From assembly GCA_047967505.1 (NCBI GenBank), contig CM106538.1: 64,000 nucleotides of DNA; one strand, written 5' to 3'. Below, piece by piece: positions 13,250 to 26,900 of the stretch. Every line of letters begins with the position of its first letter. Position 1 is the stretch's first letter. The notes under the pieces were generated by a model. That model was not told the origin of the DNA and did not search any database. It saw nothing but the letters and a program-made list of their open reading frames with translations. The position numbers were made by a program, and so were the translations under genes. Origin of the DNA: Dipteris shenzhenensis (lineage: Eukaryota).

Positions 13250-14875
13250 CCAAAGATGCATCACTTCACTGGGCACATTAAAACCATGGTCTACTCTGAC
13301 TGTGGGGTCCCCTCAAATAGCTTGTAAACTTTTCTGAACACTTTGTTCCTACTACCAACCACGGAAAGGCACTAAATGCAGGGAGGCTCAAAGCTTCAGC
13401 TTTTCATTGTACCCAAGTGTTTCAAAGATACATCGTTTCAGTGTGCCCAGAAAATCCATGGTCAACTCTGCCTGCTCACAGCCTGAAGCCAAAGCATTGT
13501 ATTCGAAGCTATGAAATTTCTCCATCACGAGCAAAGGTGAAAAGAACCATGCTGGTCTAGCCTGTTGTAGATCCTAGTGTGTGATTTTATGGGTCTCGAT
13601 CATTCCATCTAAATTTGAAAGAGGAATGCCCCATTGGCCTAGCCAAAAAATGCTTCGCTTATTCACATTAGCCTGACACCCCCCCTTATCATTTTCTTTC
13701 ACAGGTCCAAAGCTTCTTTGTCTTGCTTACCCATCAATCAATGTTGCAAGCCACAGAGTAGCGTTTCTTTATCATTTGAGTGAAGAAGGAAATAGCCAGG
13801 TCTCCTCAGCCTGCTTTGACTAGGCCAGGAATTATGCAGATCTGGCTCACATAGCAAGTCCACAATGTCGTCTATCAAACCTTTCTTAACAAACCAATCA
13901 ACAAGCATATTGAAAGTTGCAATGTCAGGAATGCATCCCTCTTCTGTCATTTGTTAATGGATTGGACATGGCCAGGTCACCTCGTCCTGCAACCAGATAT
14001 GAATCTGGTTAAGTCATGGTGTCCTGCTTCAATCATTTCTCCAACAGTTCCAAAGATTGCTCTCATCTTTCCCTCCTTACCAAACCAACCAATCAGAGTC
14101 AAGGTGGAAAGAGCCATGTCACCTTGCCCTGCCTTGATCAGGCCAGACATCACGCTGGTATACGTCATCTTGTTTGACTGGTAGCCCATAGTTGTTGTTT
14201 TGCCCAGTAAGTCCAGAACATCCTCTATCATGCCTTCTTTAACAAACCAATCAAGAAGCATAGTGAAAGTCACAATGTCACAATGTCAGGAATGCATCCC
14301 TCTTCTGTTATTTGAGTGCAAGTGGACATGGCCAATCATTTTCTCCAATAGTTCCTTAAGCTTCCTTTATCTTGCCGTCCTTACTAAACCAATTGACTGA
14401 GTGCATTGTAAGTCACATAGTCAATCATTCGATTGAAGGTGGAAAGAGCCATGTCACCTCACCCTACCTTGACCAGGCCAGATATCATACTATTATATGT
14501 TACCTTGTCTGGCTGGCAGCCCATAACAGTCATTTTCTCCAGTAATTCCAAAGCTTTGTCTGTCTTGCCCTCCTTGCCAAACCAATGGATGAGCTTATTG
14601 CAAGTCACAAGGTTAGGAGTGTATCCTTTCTCCATCATTCGAACTAAAATTGAAAGGGCCATGTTGCCTCGGCTTGCCTTGTGCAGGCCTGATATCAACC
14701 TTGTATACGTCACTTTATCTGGATGGCAATCCATATCAGTCATTTTCTCCAGCAGCTGCAAAGCGTCGTCTATCTTGCTCATTACCAAACCAATTTATCT
14801 TTGTCGTGAAAGTCGCAGTGTCTAGCCTGCAACCCATATCATCATTCGACTGAAAGTGGAGAGGGCCATATCGTC
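13250..14875 (-). pseudogene. P-class pentatricopeptide repeat (PPR) pseudogene
   Basis: Repeated 35-aa units such as GCQPDKVTYNSMISGLVK, GYTPNLVTCNKLIHWFGKEGKTDKALELLEKM and GCIPDIATFNMLVDWFVKKG, broken by frameshifts; 5' side abuts a Copia LTR. Confidence 0.88.
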
Positions 14876-14877
14876 TT

Positions 14878-17800
14878 TGTAGACCATCTTCTCCCAGTTC
14901 TAGTGATGCCCTATGGGCCCTGGTATGTGCCTTGTAGGCATAGTTATAGGCACTCTAGTGTTTTAGTGCCTTTTAACCACATAGGACACTTAGTCCTATG
15001 TGACACCTAGGACACTTAGTCCTAGGGTCTACCTTCAAGTACTATGTACTTTTCTTTTCATCTTATCTAGTTGACGTGACTGCTGATATCCATCGACTCT
15101 TGAATCTTGTGCTTGCTCTCTCGTTTATCGATCCTTCAGTGGTATCAGAGCCAGCCTTACACTTGTGTTCCAGCTCTCCTTAGCCTCCCCCGAGTCCTCC
15201 ATTGCTCATTGGGAGTCTGCTGCCCTGCTGGTCGTCACATTTTCAGCCTGTTCGAGGCTCTTCAGCTGCTGTCCAAGGCTTCCAGAGCCTTTTTGTCGCC
15301 CTAACTTGCCTTATTGCTGCTTCCAGCTGAGGCGACTGCTTCTAGGCCCTGCTGCAGCATTTTCGAGGTCTTCTACAGCACCCGTGGCCATCTGTCGCCA
15401 TTTTTGTACTGCAGATCCAGGCGCCCAGCTCCTGCAACCTCAACCAGACTCAGATCCAGGCGCCCAGCTCCCGTGACCTCTCCAGAGTCATCTACAGGAG
15501 GCGTCCTGCTGTCGCGACCTGTCCAGAGACCTCCACAGGAAACACTTGCAGCCACGCACTCATTTCGAGGTGCCTGAGGGCTGTTCCAGCTTTGCTCCAG
15601 CCACCTTTTGCACTTCAACCTGCTGCAGCAGCTCCGTGGTCTGTCATATTCTACCTACAGAGGTCTTTTGGGTCTCAGCCTTAAGTTCAGGGGACCAGAA
15701 GCTGATTTACAAGCAACATTTGCAGTCTTTTACTGTTTTTTGACAGTTTTTACTGTCGAGCCCTAATTTCCAACAGAAAAATTTAGGGCTTTTGACATTT
15801 GGACCTTCAACCTGTCAATACAATACTTTGGACAAGGTTGACAACTGAAATCCTTCCAAAAATTGAAGTTTTCAGTCAATTTCAGGTTCAGGACTGTCAC
15901 ATTGTGCCACGTCATCACTCAGGTCAACAAAATTTCGGGATTTTGTGTTGGGAGCTCAATTTCAGCTGGTAACTTTGTTTCTATACCTTGCTGCATATAT
16001 TTTCAGTCTATTTGCTCTCTCTATTTTATCATCTGAGCAAGAAAAGGCACCGTGTTGCCTTGAGGCCCAGTTCAGCCTCCTGGAAATATCTATTGTTGGC
16101 TCACAGGTATTTGGGACAGTAAAACATATTTTTGCAGCTTAAAGCCTTGAGGCTATCCTTTGGTCACTTTGTCAGTGCATTTCTATCAGTACTATTTACA
16201 ATGGCTGGGAACAATCACGACTTATTTGGCATTCTTCGTGAAGATGATAAGTTGGATGGGACCAACTATCCGATGTGGTCCTATCTCATGAAACATATTC
16301 TTGTTGCAAGGCACTTTTGGAATATTGTTTCTGGGGTTGATCTGAGGCTAGCCAATGCTACAGTGGTTGCCTCTACTGCTGGTCGCTCTACAAAGGGTAC
16401 TACTCCTAATGCCTTATCTTCTAGCACCCCTGCTGCTGCTACCCCAACTCAGGAACAATCAAGATGGGATGCTAGCGATGCAAATGCACATTCCTGTATT
16501 GCTTTATCATGCAAGAGAATCATTATTCCACACATCCGATCTTGCAGGACAGCAAAGGATGCTTGGGACAAATTGGCTTCTCTTTATCAAATTCGCAATG
16601 AGGCACGTACATTCGTACAACCGTACACCGTACAGCTTGGTACATGCGTTCCGTACACCGTACAGCTTTGCATCTGTACAGTTGTACTTGCTCCAGGATT
16701 TGGTACAACATTTGGCACGTGTGAAATTACTTGCAGTCTTTTACTGTTTTTTGACAGTTTTTATTGTCAAACCCTAATTTCCGACAGCAAAATTTAGGGC
16801 TTTTGACATCTGAATCTTCAACCTGTCAATACAATACTTTGGACAAGATTGACAACTAAAACCCTTCCAAAAATTGAAGTTTTCAGTTAATTTCAGGTTC
16901 AGGACTGTCACATTGTGCCACATCATCACTCAGGTCAACAAAATTTGGGGCTTTTGTGTTGGGAGCTCAATTTCAACTAGTGTTTGGGACAGTAACTCAT
17001 ACTTTTGCAGTTTCAAGCCTTGAGGCTATACATTGGGTCAAATTATCATTCATTCGGTCACATCTGCAAAAATTTCAGCAAAATTTGGGGCTTTTTTGCA
17101 TTTGCCCCCTTTTTGGCCTATTTGCCCTCATTAAATTTGGGGCTTTTGCCAGATTTGTTGTTTTTGCAGTGAACATTGCCTGCCACAGTCACATTTGGGT
17201 CAGATCTGCATTTGCCCTTTGATTTGGGTTGGAAATTTGCAGATATTTGCTGTCATTTTTGGACAGCCACCTTTTTGCAGTAATAGCCTTGAGTCTTTTG
17301 GGTTTTCAGGTCTCTTTCAGGGTATCACATTGGCTATGGTTGGGAACAATCAAGATCTATTTGGCGTTCTTCGTGAAGATGATAAGTTGGATGGCACCAA
17401 CTGTCCGATGTGGTCTTATCTCATGAAACATATTCTTGTTGCAAAGCATTTGTGGAATATTGTTTCTGGGGTTGATCTGAGGCCAGGCAATGCTACAGTG
17501 GTTGCCTCTACTGTTGGTCCCTCTGCAGGGGGTACTCCTCCTGATGCCTCATCTTCTAGCACTCCTGCTACTACTCTTCCAACTCAGCAAAGGATGCTTG
17601 GGACAAATTGGCTTCTCTCTATCAGAGTCGCAATGAAGCACGTGTTGCATATTTGAGAAGGCAATTACAGGAAGTCAGTATGAATGAAGGTGACTCTATG
17701 GATGCATACCTGACAAAGGTCAACGACCTCATGGAACAACTTGCCAATATTAATGAGGTGGTGCCAAATTCACAGCTTGTTAGTACCACACTGAATGGAT

Positions 17801-20800
17801 TGCCAGACACATATCAAGGGTTTGCTACAACCCTTCGATTAATGGCCATGGGTAATCCAGACCACTATTCTTTTGATCAGCTAGTTACTTTGCTTTTGCA
17901 GGAAGAGCAAAGTCGAGCTAATAGACAAGCCATTATTCCTGATCATGCATTTGGTTCACAGCAGACAGGAAGAGGCAAGGCTTCCAAGCCTATGGGCAAG
18001 CCTAAATATGCGCATAGCAGCTGTAATTCCTCCCATGCATCTAAAAATACAACAGATAAGTCAAAGAAGAAAAGATGCAACTATTGTCGCAAGCTTGGAC
18101 ATGACATTTCAGAATGCAGGAAGCGCATTGCTTCGGAGAAAAAGAAAGCAAGATTGATAGTTAATGCCTCACATGCTATTGAATCCCATGAGCCAGCAGA
18201 TGCTTCACATGCACATGCTCTTCAGGATGATTGGGCATGGGCTGTCCATTGCTCATTTGATCCCTCCAAGCTGATGCACTCTTAAGTGCTAATGACGCTC
18301 AATCTTGGTATTTTGATAGTGGTGCCTCCAAGGCACGTCACATCGTGCAGACAGTTGTTTCATTCTTTAGCAGATGCACCTCGAGGGGGGACTGTCACAT
18401 GTGCTAATAATGCCTCATATGCTGTAAAAGGAATTGGAGATGTGCAGCTCACATCCATTTCAAGCCATCCTGTCACTCTGACAAATGTTCTTTTTGTGCC
18501 TGGAATTGAAGTCAACTTGATGTCAATTTCAGCAATTGCCACTTCAGGTTTCAGAGTGATTTTTTATGGCTATAGATGCCTAGTTTATGATCTTCGTGAT
18601 GACAATGTCATAGTTCTCATTGGCACTTTGCAAAAGGGGCTTCATCACCTTGATTATCACTTAGCTGCACTTTCTATTGAAGCATATGCTATTTCAAATT
18701 CACAGCTTGCTAAAACTCATCTTTGGCATGAGAGAATGGGTCATCTCAATTATAGAGCTCTTGCAAAGCTACATTCACAGCAGATGGCAAATGATGTACC
18801 TCAAACTCACACAGTTTCCAAACATGTGTGTGAGGGTTGTCTTTTGGGTAAGATGCATTGGTTTCCTTTTCAAAAGAATTGTCCAAAACTCTCACAAAGG
18901 AAATTGCAGCTAGTACACAGTGATGTCTGTGGCCCAATGAGCACAAATGCCATTGGGGGGTACAAATATTTTATGACTCTCATTGATGATTTCACAAGAT
19001 ATTGCTGGGTATATCCTTTAAAAGCCAAATCTGAAGTTTTCTCATATTTTCAGAGGTGGCTGAATATGGTTGAGAATGAATCAGGATGCAAGCTTGTCAC
19101 TCTGAACACAGATAGGGGGGGAGAGTATATGTCAAAGGACTTTGATGCATTTCTATCTTCACGGGGCATTATTCACTCATGCACTACTCCTTACACTCCT
19201 CAGCAGAATCCTGTTTCTGAAAGGAAAAACAGGTCCACAATGGAGATGGCCAGATGCATGCTTAAGGCCAAGTCTTTGCCCAATAAATTTTGGCTTGATG
19301 CAGTGATGTGTGCCAACTATGTGCTGAATAGATCACCTACAAGGGCATTGAAGACTGTTACACCTTATGAAGCATGGAAAGGCAGGAAGCCTTCACTTTC
19401 ACACATGATAGTTTTTGGGTCTCTTGCATATGTTCATGTACCATCTCAGCTGAGATATAAGCTTGATGACAAGGTAATCAAATGCATATTTATTGGTTAC
19501 AGCCAGGAGAGCAGAGGGTATCGGTTATACCAACCAAATACTGGGAAGATTATTGTCAGTAGAGATGTAATCTTTGCTGAACATTGAGCTTCTCCTCTTG
19601 TGGACTACAAAGCTAAGCCAGATGTTGACATGTTTGATGCCTTTGACTCTTGGTTACCTCTATCGTCATCAGAGGAAGACTTTGACCAGCAACATGAGCC
19701 TCCTGCAGGCCCTTCAACAAGCATTGATCAACCAGTACCCCATGCTGATTTGCAGGTTTCTCTTCCAGCATCAAATGATCCCACTATTCATGATGCAGTG
19801 ATTGAAGAAAGAGCTGTCAATAGACAACAAAGGGAAGTTCCCAGATGGCTTCTTGATACATTGAGGGACAGCAAACAAGATCAGCCTTTTGCTGCTCGGA
19901 CAAGATTAGGGAATAGACAAATGCATGGTCACTTTCTTGAGTTTGCACTCCTTGCTACAGCTTGCAATGAAGAGCCTCTGTGCCATAAAGATGCTTTTGA
20001 CAGCAAAGAGTGGATGGATGCAATGAGAGTTGAGTTACAATCCATTGCCAAAAATGACACATGGGAATTAGTAGATCTCCCTCCCGGCAAGCATGCCATT
20101 GGTACTCGGTGGATCTACAAATTAAAAAGGAAATCTGATGGCAGTATAGATCGATGCAAAGCCCGTCGTGTTGCAAAAGGATATGCCCAACAACAAGGCA
20201 TTGACTTTGAGGAGACATTTGCTCCCACATCCAGGATTACTACCATCAGATGTGTCATTGCCATTGCAGCCCATCGCCATTGGCAAGTGCACCAACTTGA
20301 CATCAAGACTGCTTTTCTTTATGGGGATCTGCAGGAAGAAGTCTATGTCACACAACCTCCTGGCTTTGAGGTTGTTAATTTTGAAAACAAGGTATGCCAG
20401 CTTAGAAAAGCCCTTTATGGTTTGAAGTAGGCACCCAGGGCATGGTATGCCAAAATTCATGCACACTTACTATCTCTTGGTTTTCAGAATAGCCCCACAG
20501 AACCCACTCTTTATGTCCGTGGGAGTAGATCTGATTTTTTAGTGCTGATTTTATATGTGGATGATATGCTCATCACAGGCCCAGATACTCAGCATATTGC
20601 AGCTTTCAAGGCTGATTTGCAGCAGGTTTTTGAAATGTCAGACATGGGACAGCTCCACTATTATTTGGGCATTCAGTTTGCTCATGTTGAGGGGGGTATC
20701 ATGATGTCTCAGTCCAAGTATATTGGACAGTCGTTTTCAGTTCGAGGATTGCAAGCCAATCTCTACACCAGTGGACCCTGGCTTCAAATTCTCAGCTCAT

Positions 20801-21842
20801 GATGGGAGCCCACCATGTGATCTCACTCTTTATCAGTAGGCTGTTGGATGCCGTACTTATATATGTCACACCAGACCTGACTTATAGTATGCAGTATCTC
20901 AGCTCAGCAGATTCATGCACATGCCCAGTTCACAGCATTGGCAGGCAGCATTGGCAGGCAGTGAAGAGAGTCTTCAGATATTTCAGAGGCACTCAGGATT
21001 TAGCCCTCTTCTATGGTGATCAGGGTTCACTTACCATGCATGCTTACACGGATAGTGACTGGGCAGGATGTTCCGACACCAGAGTGTCACACACTGGCAA
21101 TTGTTTTTTGCTTGGCAATTCATGTATCTCTTGGCTCAGCAAGAAGCAACCAACAATTGCCACATCTAGCTGTGAGGCTGAGTACAGAGCCGCTTTCACT
21201 GCTACAGTAGAGTGTGTTTGGCTTCGACAAGTTGCTTACAGATCTTGGTATTCGCCAAACATCCTCCACTATTGTCTACACTGATAGCCAGAGTGCTTTG
21301 GCCATTATGCGTAACCCAGTGTTTCATCCGCGTACCAAGCATATTGAAGTTCACTATCATTATGTTCGGAAGCGGTTGTTAGCAAGAGACATAGAGTTGT
21401 CCTATCTTCCCACAGAGGACAACATAGCAGATATGTTTACAAAGGCACTTCCTCGTCCCAAGTTCGAAGTCTTCCAACAGGCTTTACACTTGGTTCCCTT
21501 TGTTACATGATCTGAAATCCCTTGTACATTCATAGGTGGCTATATCCTTTTGGATGAACATGTGCCACCATGACCAGAAAATACCAGGTATTCTGAGACG
21601 TTTCCAGAGTACTTCAGCCCATCCCATTGTGGGGGGTTTGTAGGCCATCTCTTGGTGGTTTTAGTGATGCCCTATAGGCCATGGTATGTGCCTTGTAGAC
21701 ATAAATATAGGCACTTGTAGTGTTAGTGCCTTTTAGGCCACATAGGACACTTAGTCCTATGTGACACCTAGGACACTTAGTCCTAGGTCTAGGTACAATT
21801 ACCTTGTACTCCTTTTTTCATCTACACTAGTTGACGTGATGG
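14878..21842 (+). mobile_element. Ty1/copia element A (chimeric, duplicated 5' region, 3' LTR truncated by element B)
   Basis: 5' LTR 14878-15138 (TG...CA); PBS TGGTATCAGAGC 15140-15151; PPT ~21629-21638; 3' LTR from 21639; domain order gag-PR-INT-RT-RH. Confidence 0.95.
17337..21510 (+). pseudogene. Copia A gag-pol with frameshifts and stops
   Basis: CNYCRKLGHDISEC knuckle; LWHERMGH (GAG-pre-integrase); integrase HSDVCGP..DRGGEY..ERKNR; RT DIKTAFL and LYVDD; RNase H DSDWAG..EAEY..KHIEVHYH. Confidence 0.95.
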
Positions 21843-23995
21843 TGTTTTTGAGAGTGCTCTCAACAGAAGCAAGAATGGAAGAGGGAGAGAGAGAAACAGA
21901 GAGCCACACAAGTTTTGGTGGGTGCAGAATACCCTAATCTTCTTTTTCATTGATTTATATATGTGTTTGAGTATTGTACATAACCGGGGTAAAGGCACAG
22001 TGACCTTTAACCCCCACAACCTCCCACCTAAAGGACATTGTGCCTTTAAGGGAGAACCACCAGGGAGCATACTATCCAATGCCCATAAATACACGACAAT
22101 ACTTAAACCGCTGACTAGGTAGACTCTTCGTTAGCATATCTGCAGGATTATCATCTGTATGAACCTTGACAAGCTCTATGCGCTTGTCCTCAAGTACCTC
22201 CCTGATGAAATGGTACCTGACCTCAATGTGTTTGGTCCTTGCATGAAAGACCGGATTCCGTGCTAGCTAAATAGCACTCATGGAATCACTATGCAATGTC
22301 GGTACACTTGTATGAATCCCCAAATCTCCCACTAGCCGATCACGCCATATAGCCTCCCTTGAACCCTCTGTGGCTGCAACATACTCAGCCTCTGTGGTAG
22401 ACAAAGCAACATACTTCTGTGCGCGAGACATCCACGACATTGCACCACCTACAAAGGTGAACACATAACTAGAAGTGGATCTCCTACTATCCACATGCCC
22501 TGCATAGTCTGAATCTGTGTACCCAAGTACACGCATGTCTCTTCTACCAAAGCAAATGCACATCTCCTTGGTACCCTTCATGTACCTCATGATGCACTTA
22601 ACTGCCTCCCAATGCCTCTTTCCTGGATTAGCCATATACCGGCTAACAACTCCCACTACAAATGCAATGTCTGGTCTAGTAGCTATCATAGCATATATAA
22701 GACTCCCAACCGCTGATGCAAAAGGAACCTTGGCCATCATGGCCCTCTCCTCATCGAATTTGGGACTATCTGTATGACTCAGTTTCACAATGGAGGCAAT
22801 GGAGTACTCACTGCCTTCCCCCCCTCCATATTGAAATGCTGCAATACTTTTGTAACATACTCCTCCTGTGAAAGCCAAAGGAGTTTCCTACTCCGATCAC
22901 GCGTGATGCGCATACCAAGAATATGACCTGCAAGTCCCAAATCCTTCATATCAAAGGCCTCATGCAACTTGGCATTTAATGCATCTAGCTCATAAGTATT
23001 CTTGCTAGCCAATAGCATATCATCCACATATAGTGCCAGGAGGATCAGGCTATTATCCTTAGCCCTTTTAGTGTAGAGGCAGTGATCAATTTCACTCCTA
23101 AAAAAACCCTGGGACCGAATGAAAGCATCAAATTTCTGCTACCATTCTCTAGGCGCTTGCTTAAGACCATAGAGACTCTTCTTCAGCTTGCAAACTAAAT
23201 GCTCTTTGCCCTTTTCTTCAAAGCCTTCCGGCTGCACCATGTAAATTTCCTCATGCAGATCCCCATGCAAGAAAGCTGTCTTGACATCCATCTGCATAAG
23301 CTCCATATCCTCCGCTGCCACTAGTCCAAGCATGCATCTAAGTTTGGTCATCTTCACAACCGGAGAGAATATCTCATCAAAGTCCACACCCTTCTCTTGC
23401 TTGAACCCTTTAGCAACCAAACGGGCCTTGTACCTAGGCACATCATCACCTGTGACCTTCATCTTGTAGACCCATTTACATGGCAATGCTTTCTTTCCAT
23501 GTGGCAAAGAAACCAAGTCCCAAGTCTTATTCTTCATAAGTGAACTCATCTCTGATTGCATAGCATACTCCCACTTGCGTTGATCCTCGCACATCATAGC
23601 CTCTCTGTAGCAAGAAGGCTCCCCGCAATCAGTAAGCATCACATAGTCTACCCCTGGAACAAACCTATCAGGCGGTCTAGACACTCTAGATGATCTTCTC
23701 ATTGGCATTTCAGCTTGCTATCCCACCTGCATATCAGCCTTATTTGGCTCATCATTTCCACCAATAGATGATCCATCACAAGCCAGGCCACAAGGGATGC
23801 AACAGTGTGCAGCAAAAGCAGTAGGGAAGAAAGGCTGTGTCACTACATGGTCAACAGGTACGGAAGGTACCGCAGGAGGTATAGCGGTATGGGATGTTGC
23901 ACAACTAAAGTCCATCAAGGACACGGGGTGATCTAAGAGTAGTCTACAACAAGATATCCAAACAGCCTTACCACTTGTTTTCCCCGCAGGTGTTA
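21843..23995 (-). mobile_element. Ty1/copia element B, 3' half only (RT, RNase H, 3' LTR)
   Basis: LTR 21843-22018 (minus strand TGTGGGGG...AAACA); PPT AGGTGGGAGG just inside; [13 protein letters not shown] and YVDDML; RNase H DSDYAG..STTEAEY. Confidence 0.9.
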
Positions 23996-26900
23996 TCACA
24001 GTTTCTCGTTGAAAATTACCAGCATGTCTTCAATACCAATGATACTCAGCTTCATCACGTTGGAGTACGAATATAACTGCCACCAGCGCGGTGGTCTGCT
24101 TCTATTATTATTATTACAAGACAAGATGAATTTCATACAATTCATTCGGTTGGGCTAGTTAGACACTACATATACTTGGGATGACTTTCACGGGTTGGGC
24201 CCAAGTTTACTGTGGAACCAGCAGCACATAAACGCTTGACTAGAGGATACGGTTCATTGTCGAGGTTGGAATGACTGCATCGAATGACTGCATCCAGGCA
24301 CAAACACGCTTGACTAGACGGTACGCTTCATTGTCGAGATTGGAAAGGCTGCTTCCACGCACAGTTTCAGCATATGGACACGAAGTCACTGATTTTTAAC
24401 TCTCTAGACCAACAATGGTCCTATACGCAGGTACTTTGGGGCAGTAGACACCTTTGTTCCCTGCTTTTATCAACTTTGTCCACATCAACTATGTAGTCTT
24501 CTTCAACCCTGCATCATATGATGGAGATTACTACTTTACTACAACATACTGCTATAAGTTCTTTTGGGTTGGTGACACCCTTGTTTACCACAACCTTTTG
24601 GATTGCACCATAGCTACACAATTAGCTTCATATCCAAATGCATCTTTGACAGAGCGGCTTCATAGTCCATGGAGACATATGACATGCTTAGCTTTGACAT
24701 GTTCATCATGCTCTTATGCATAATTATTCATGCATTCATTGTTTGATCAACCATTCTTTCATCCAGAAGACTTCATTTTCTTTGGCATTCTTCCCTCATC
24801 CCTTTGGCTATCCATTGGGTTTTATTCCCAAAGGTGAATGCTTTGTATGTTGTATTCTTCGGATTGTAGTGTTACAATTTGACTAGTTTCTACATTTTTT
24901 GTTTTAGAATTGCATGGCATTAATGGCATTGTTATAATTCATATTGCCCCTTCACCTTGACAAAGAAAAATTGATAATTAATGCTAGTTTTGTATTATAA
25001 TGATTCTATAATTGTTGATAGAAATGATTAAATCAACATAGCTTTGTAGATACCAGGTAAAACATGTGGATGAATAAAGTCACATCAAAAGACTACTACC
25101 TTCATCCTCCATCATGTGTATGTGTGTGTGTATCTTATTTTTCCATCTAGTATTTACTTGATTCTCTTGTGTCCACACACGCACGCGCACGCACGAATGC
25201 ATGCATGCATACATATTTTAATTCTAGTTTCCCACCTCACACTATGCATATATGTATTTGTGGTATGTTGGGCTACTATGATCCACGTGGAATGAAACTT
25301 GGTGGAACTTTAGAGCATGGTTGGATCAAGCATCCTAGCAAATTTGGTCCCATTTGGAAACCCTTGGATTTCCATATCAGCCAATTCAGTCAACAATTCA
25401 CATCAAATGGCTAGGTCTATTCATCCATAGGATTTGGACTAATATGAGACTAATGGGAAAATATATCTAGTGAAGCAACTAGTAATAGGGAATTGGAACT
25501 CAATTGGAAAATATGACACAATTTTGAAAGCTAGGCTTGGGATTGGTGGAGCCACCAAAGGGAAAGAATGTCATTGACTACAAAGGAGTGTACAAGCCTG
25601 TTATTTTCAGCACTCGATGCCTTGTTATGGGCCATGCACTTTCCAATCCATTCAACCTTGCATAATGAATGGAACTCTAGGCTCCACAGTTTGTGCTCCA
25701 CCAACACTCATGCAGAGCATGTAGCATCACAACAAAGTAGGTTGGTGCCAGCTTACTTCATCATTTTTTCCACCGAAACCTCCATTTATTCAACATTATG
25801 CCTTTATATCCTCAGTTTTTCCATCTCCTCATTAGAGCAATCGATAAGGTGAGCACCAAAAAGCGAGTGAGCCAAAAAATGCAAGTGAAATCGTCAAAAC
25901 AATTGCACAAAACTAGCTATAGTGTGTATGTGGTACACAAGTTTACACTATCTATGTAGGCCATGTGATTAAGTTGTTTGTTTTACTTGGCCCCACTTGA
26001 CTTACATACCCTACATATCCCTTCACCCTCATTCACTGCAAGGCGAATCGTCATTGGTTGAATGGAAAAGGAAATCTATCAAGAATCTACCCCCCACACC
26101 CAGAGCAAAGCGAAGGGCCACCACCAGTAAGTAGAACCACAATTCAATTTTAACATACCTAAAGTATAGTTTGTAAAGCTTTCTTTTATGTGCACTCTTT
26201 TGCATCCTTCAACAATGTAAACTTGTCCAATCTAAAGCCATGATACTTACGATAGTTACGATACTATAATAGGTTTTTTTGGGATCGTGCAATAGGTTTG
26301 CTGGTTTCGAAGAGAGTAAGAGAAGAGTTGCACAATGAATCAAAATGACCTTCTTCTATTACTTAGACAGATGGTGATTAAGATAAAAACAATAATGAGG
26401 CCACACTCTACATACACACGTTGCTCTGGCAACAAGACAAACCAAACTCATAGGACTCTAGGACTTTATATTTGACATTCGGCGTGGGTGCTACCCACCA
26501 CATTTACTATCATTCGCAATACCCATCATAAGGGTAGTTGCCATTATATCGTACCCACTCATGCCCTAACATTTTTTACATTTGCATATCCTATGTTGGA
26601 CCCATGTTGGCTGGCCTTCTTTGACATTGCCCAAGGTCTTTAACAATCACGGCTCTCATTGCCTGACTCTTTGTCTTGTTGCACAATGGCTATCTTGGAT
26701 TGGGCATCATGTAGACTACATTAACTAGTACAAAGAAGCTTCTTCCCATCCCTTATACATGAATTCCAAGGTTCAACAAGGTCATTTTAGTAGAACCACA
26801 ATAATGTACAAGAACCTTCAGTATCGACTCCAAAATAATTCATATACATACACATAGACCTTGTGCACATAGTTTCGCTTCTATTTCTGGGGAAGAGACT

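Noticed and set aside
24230-24360. ~75-bp imperfect tandem duplication
   Set aside because: Ordinary local duplication with no further structure.
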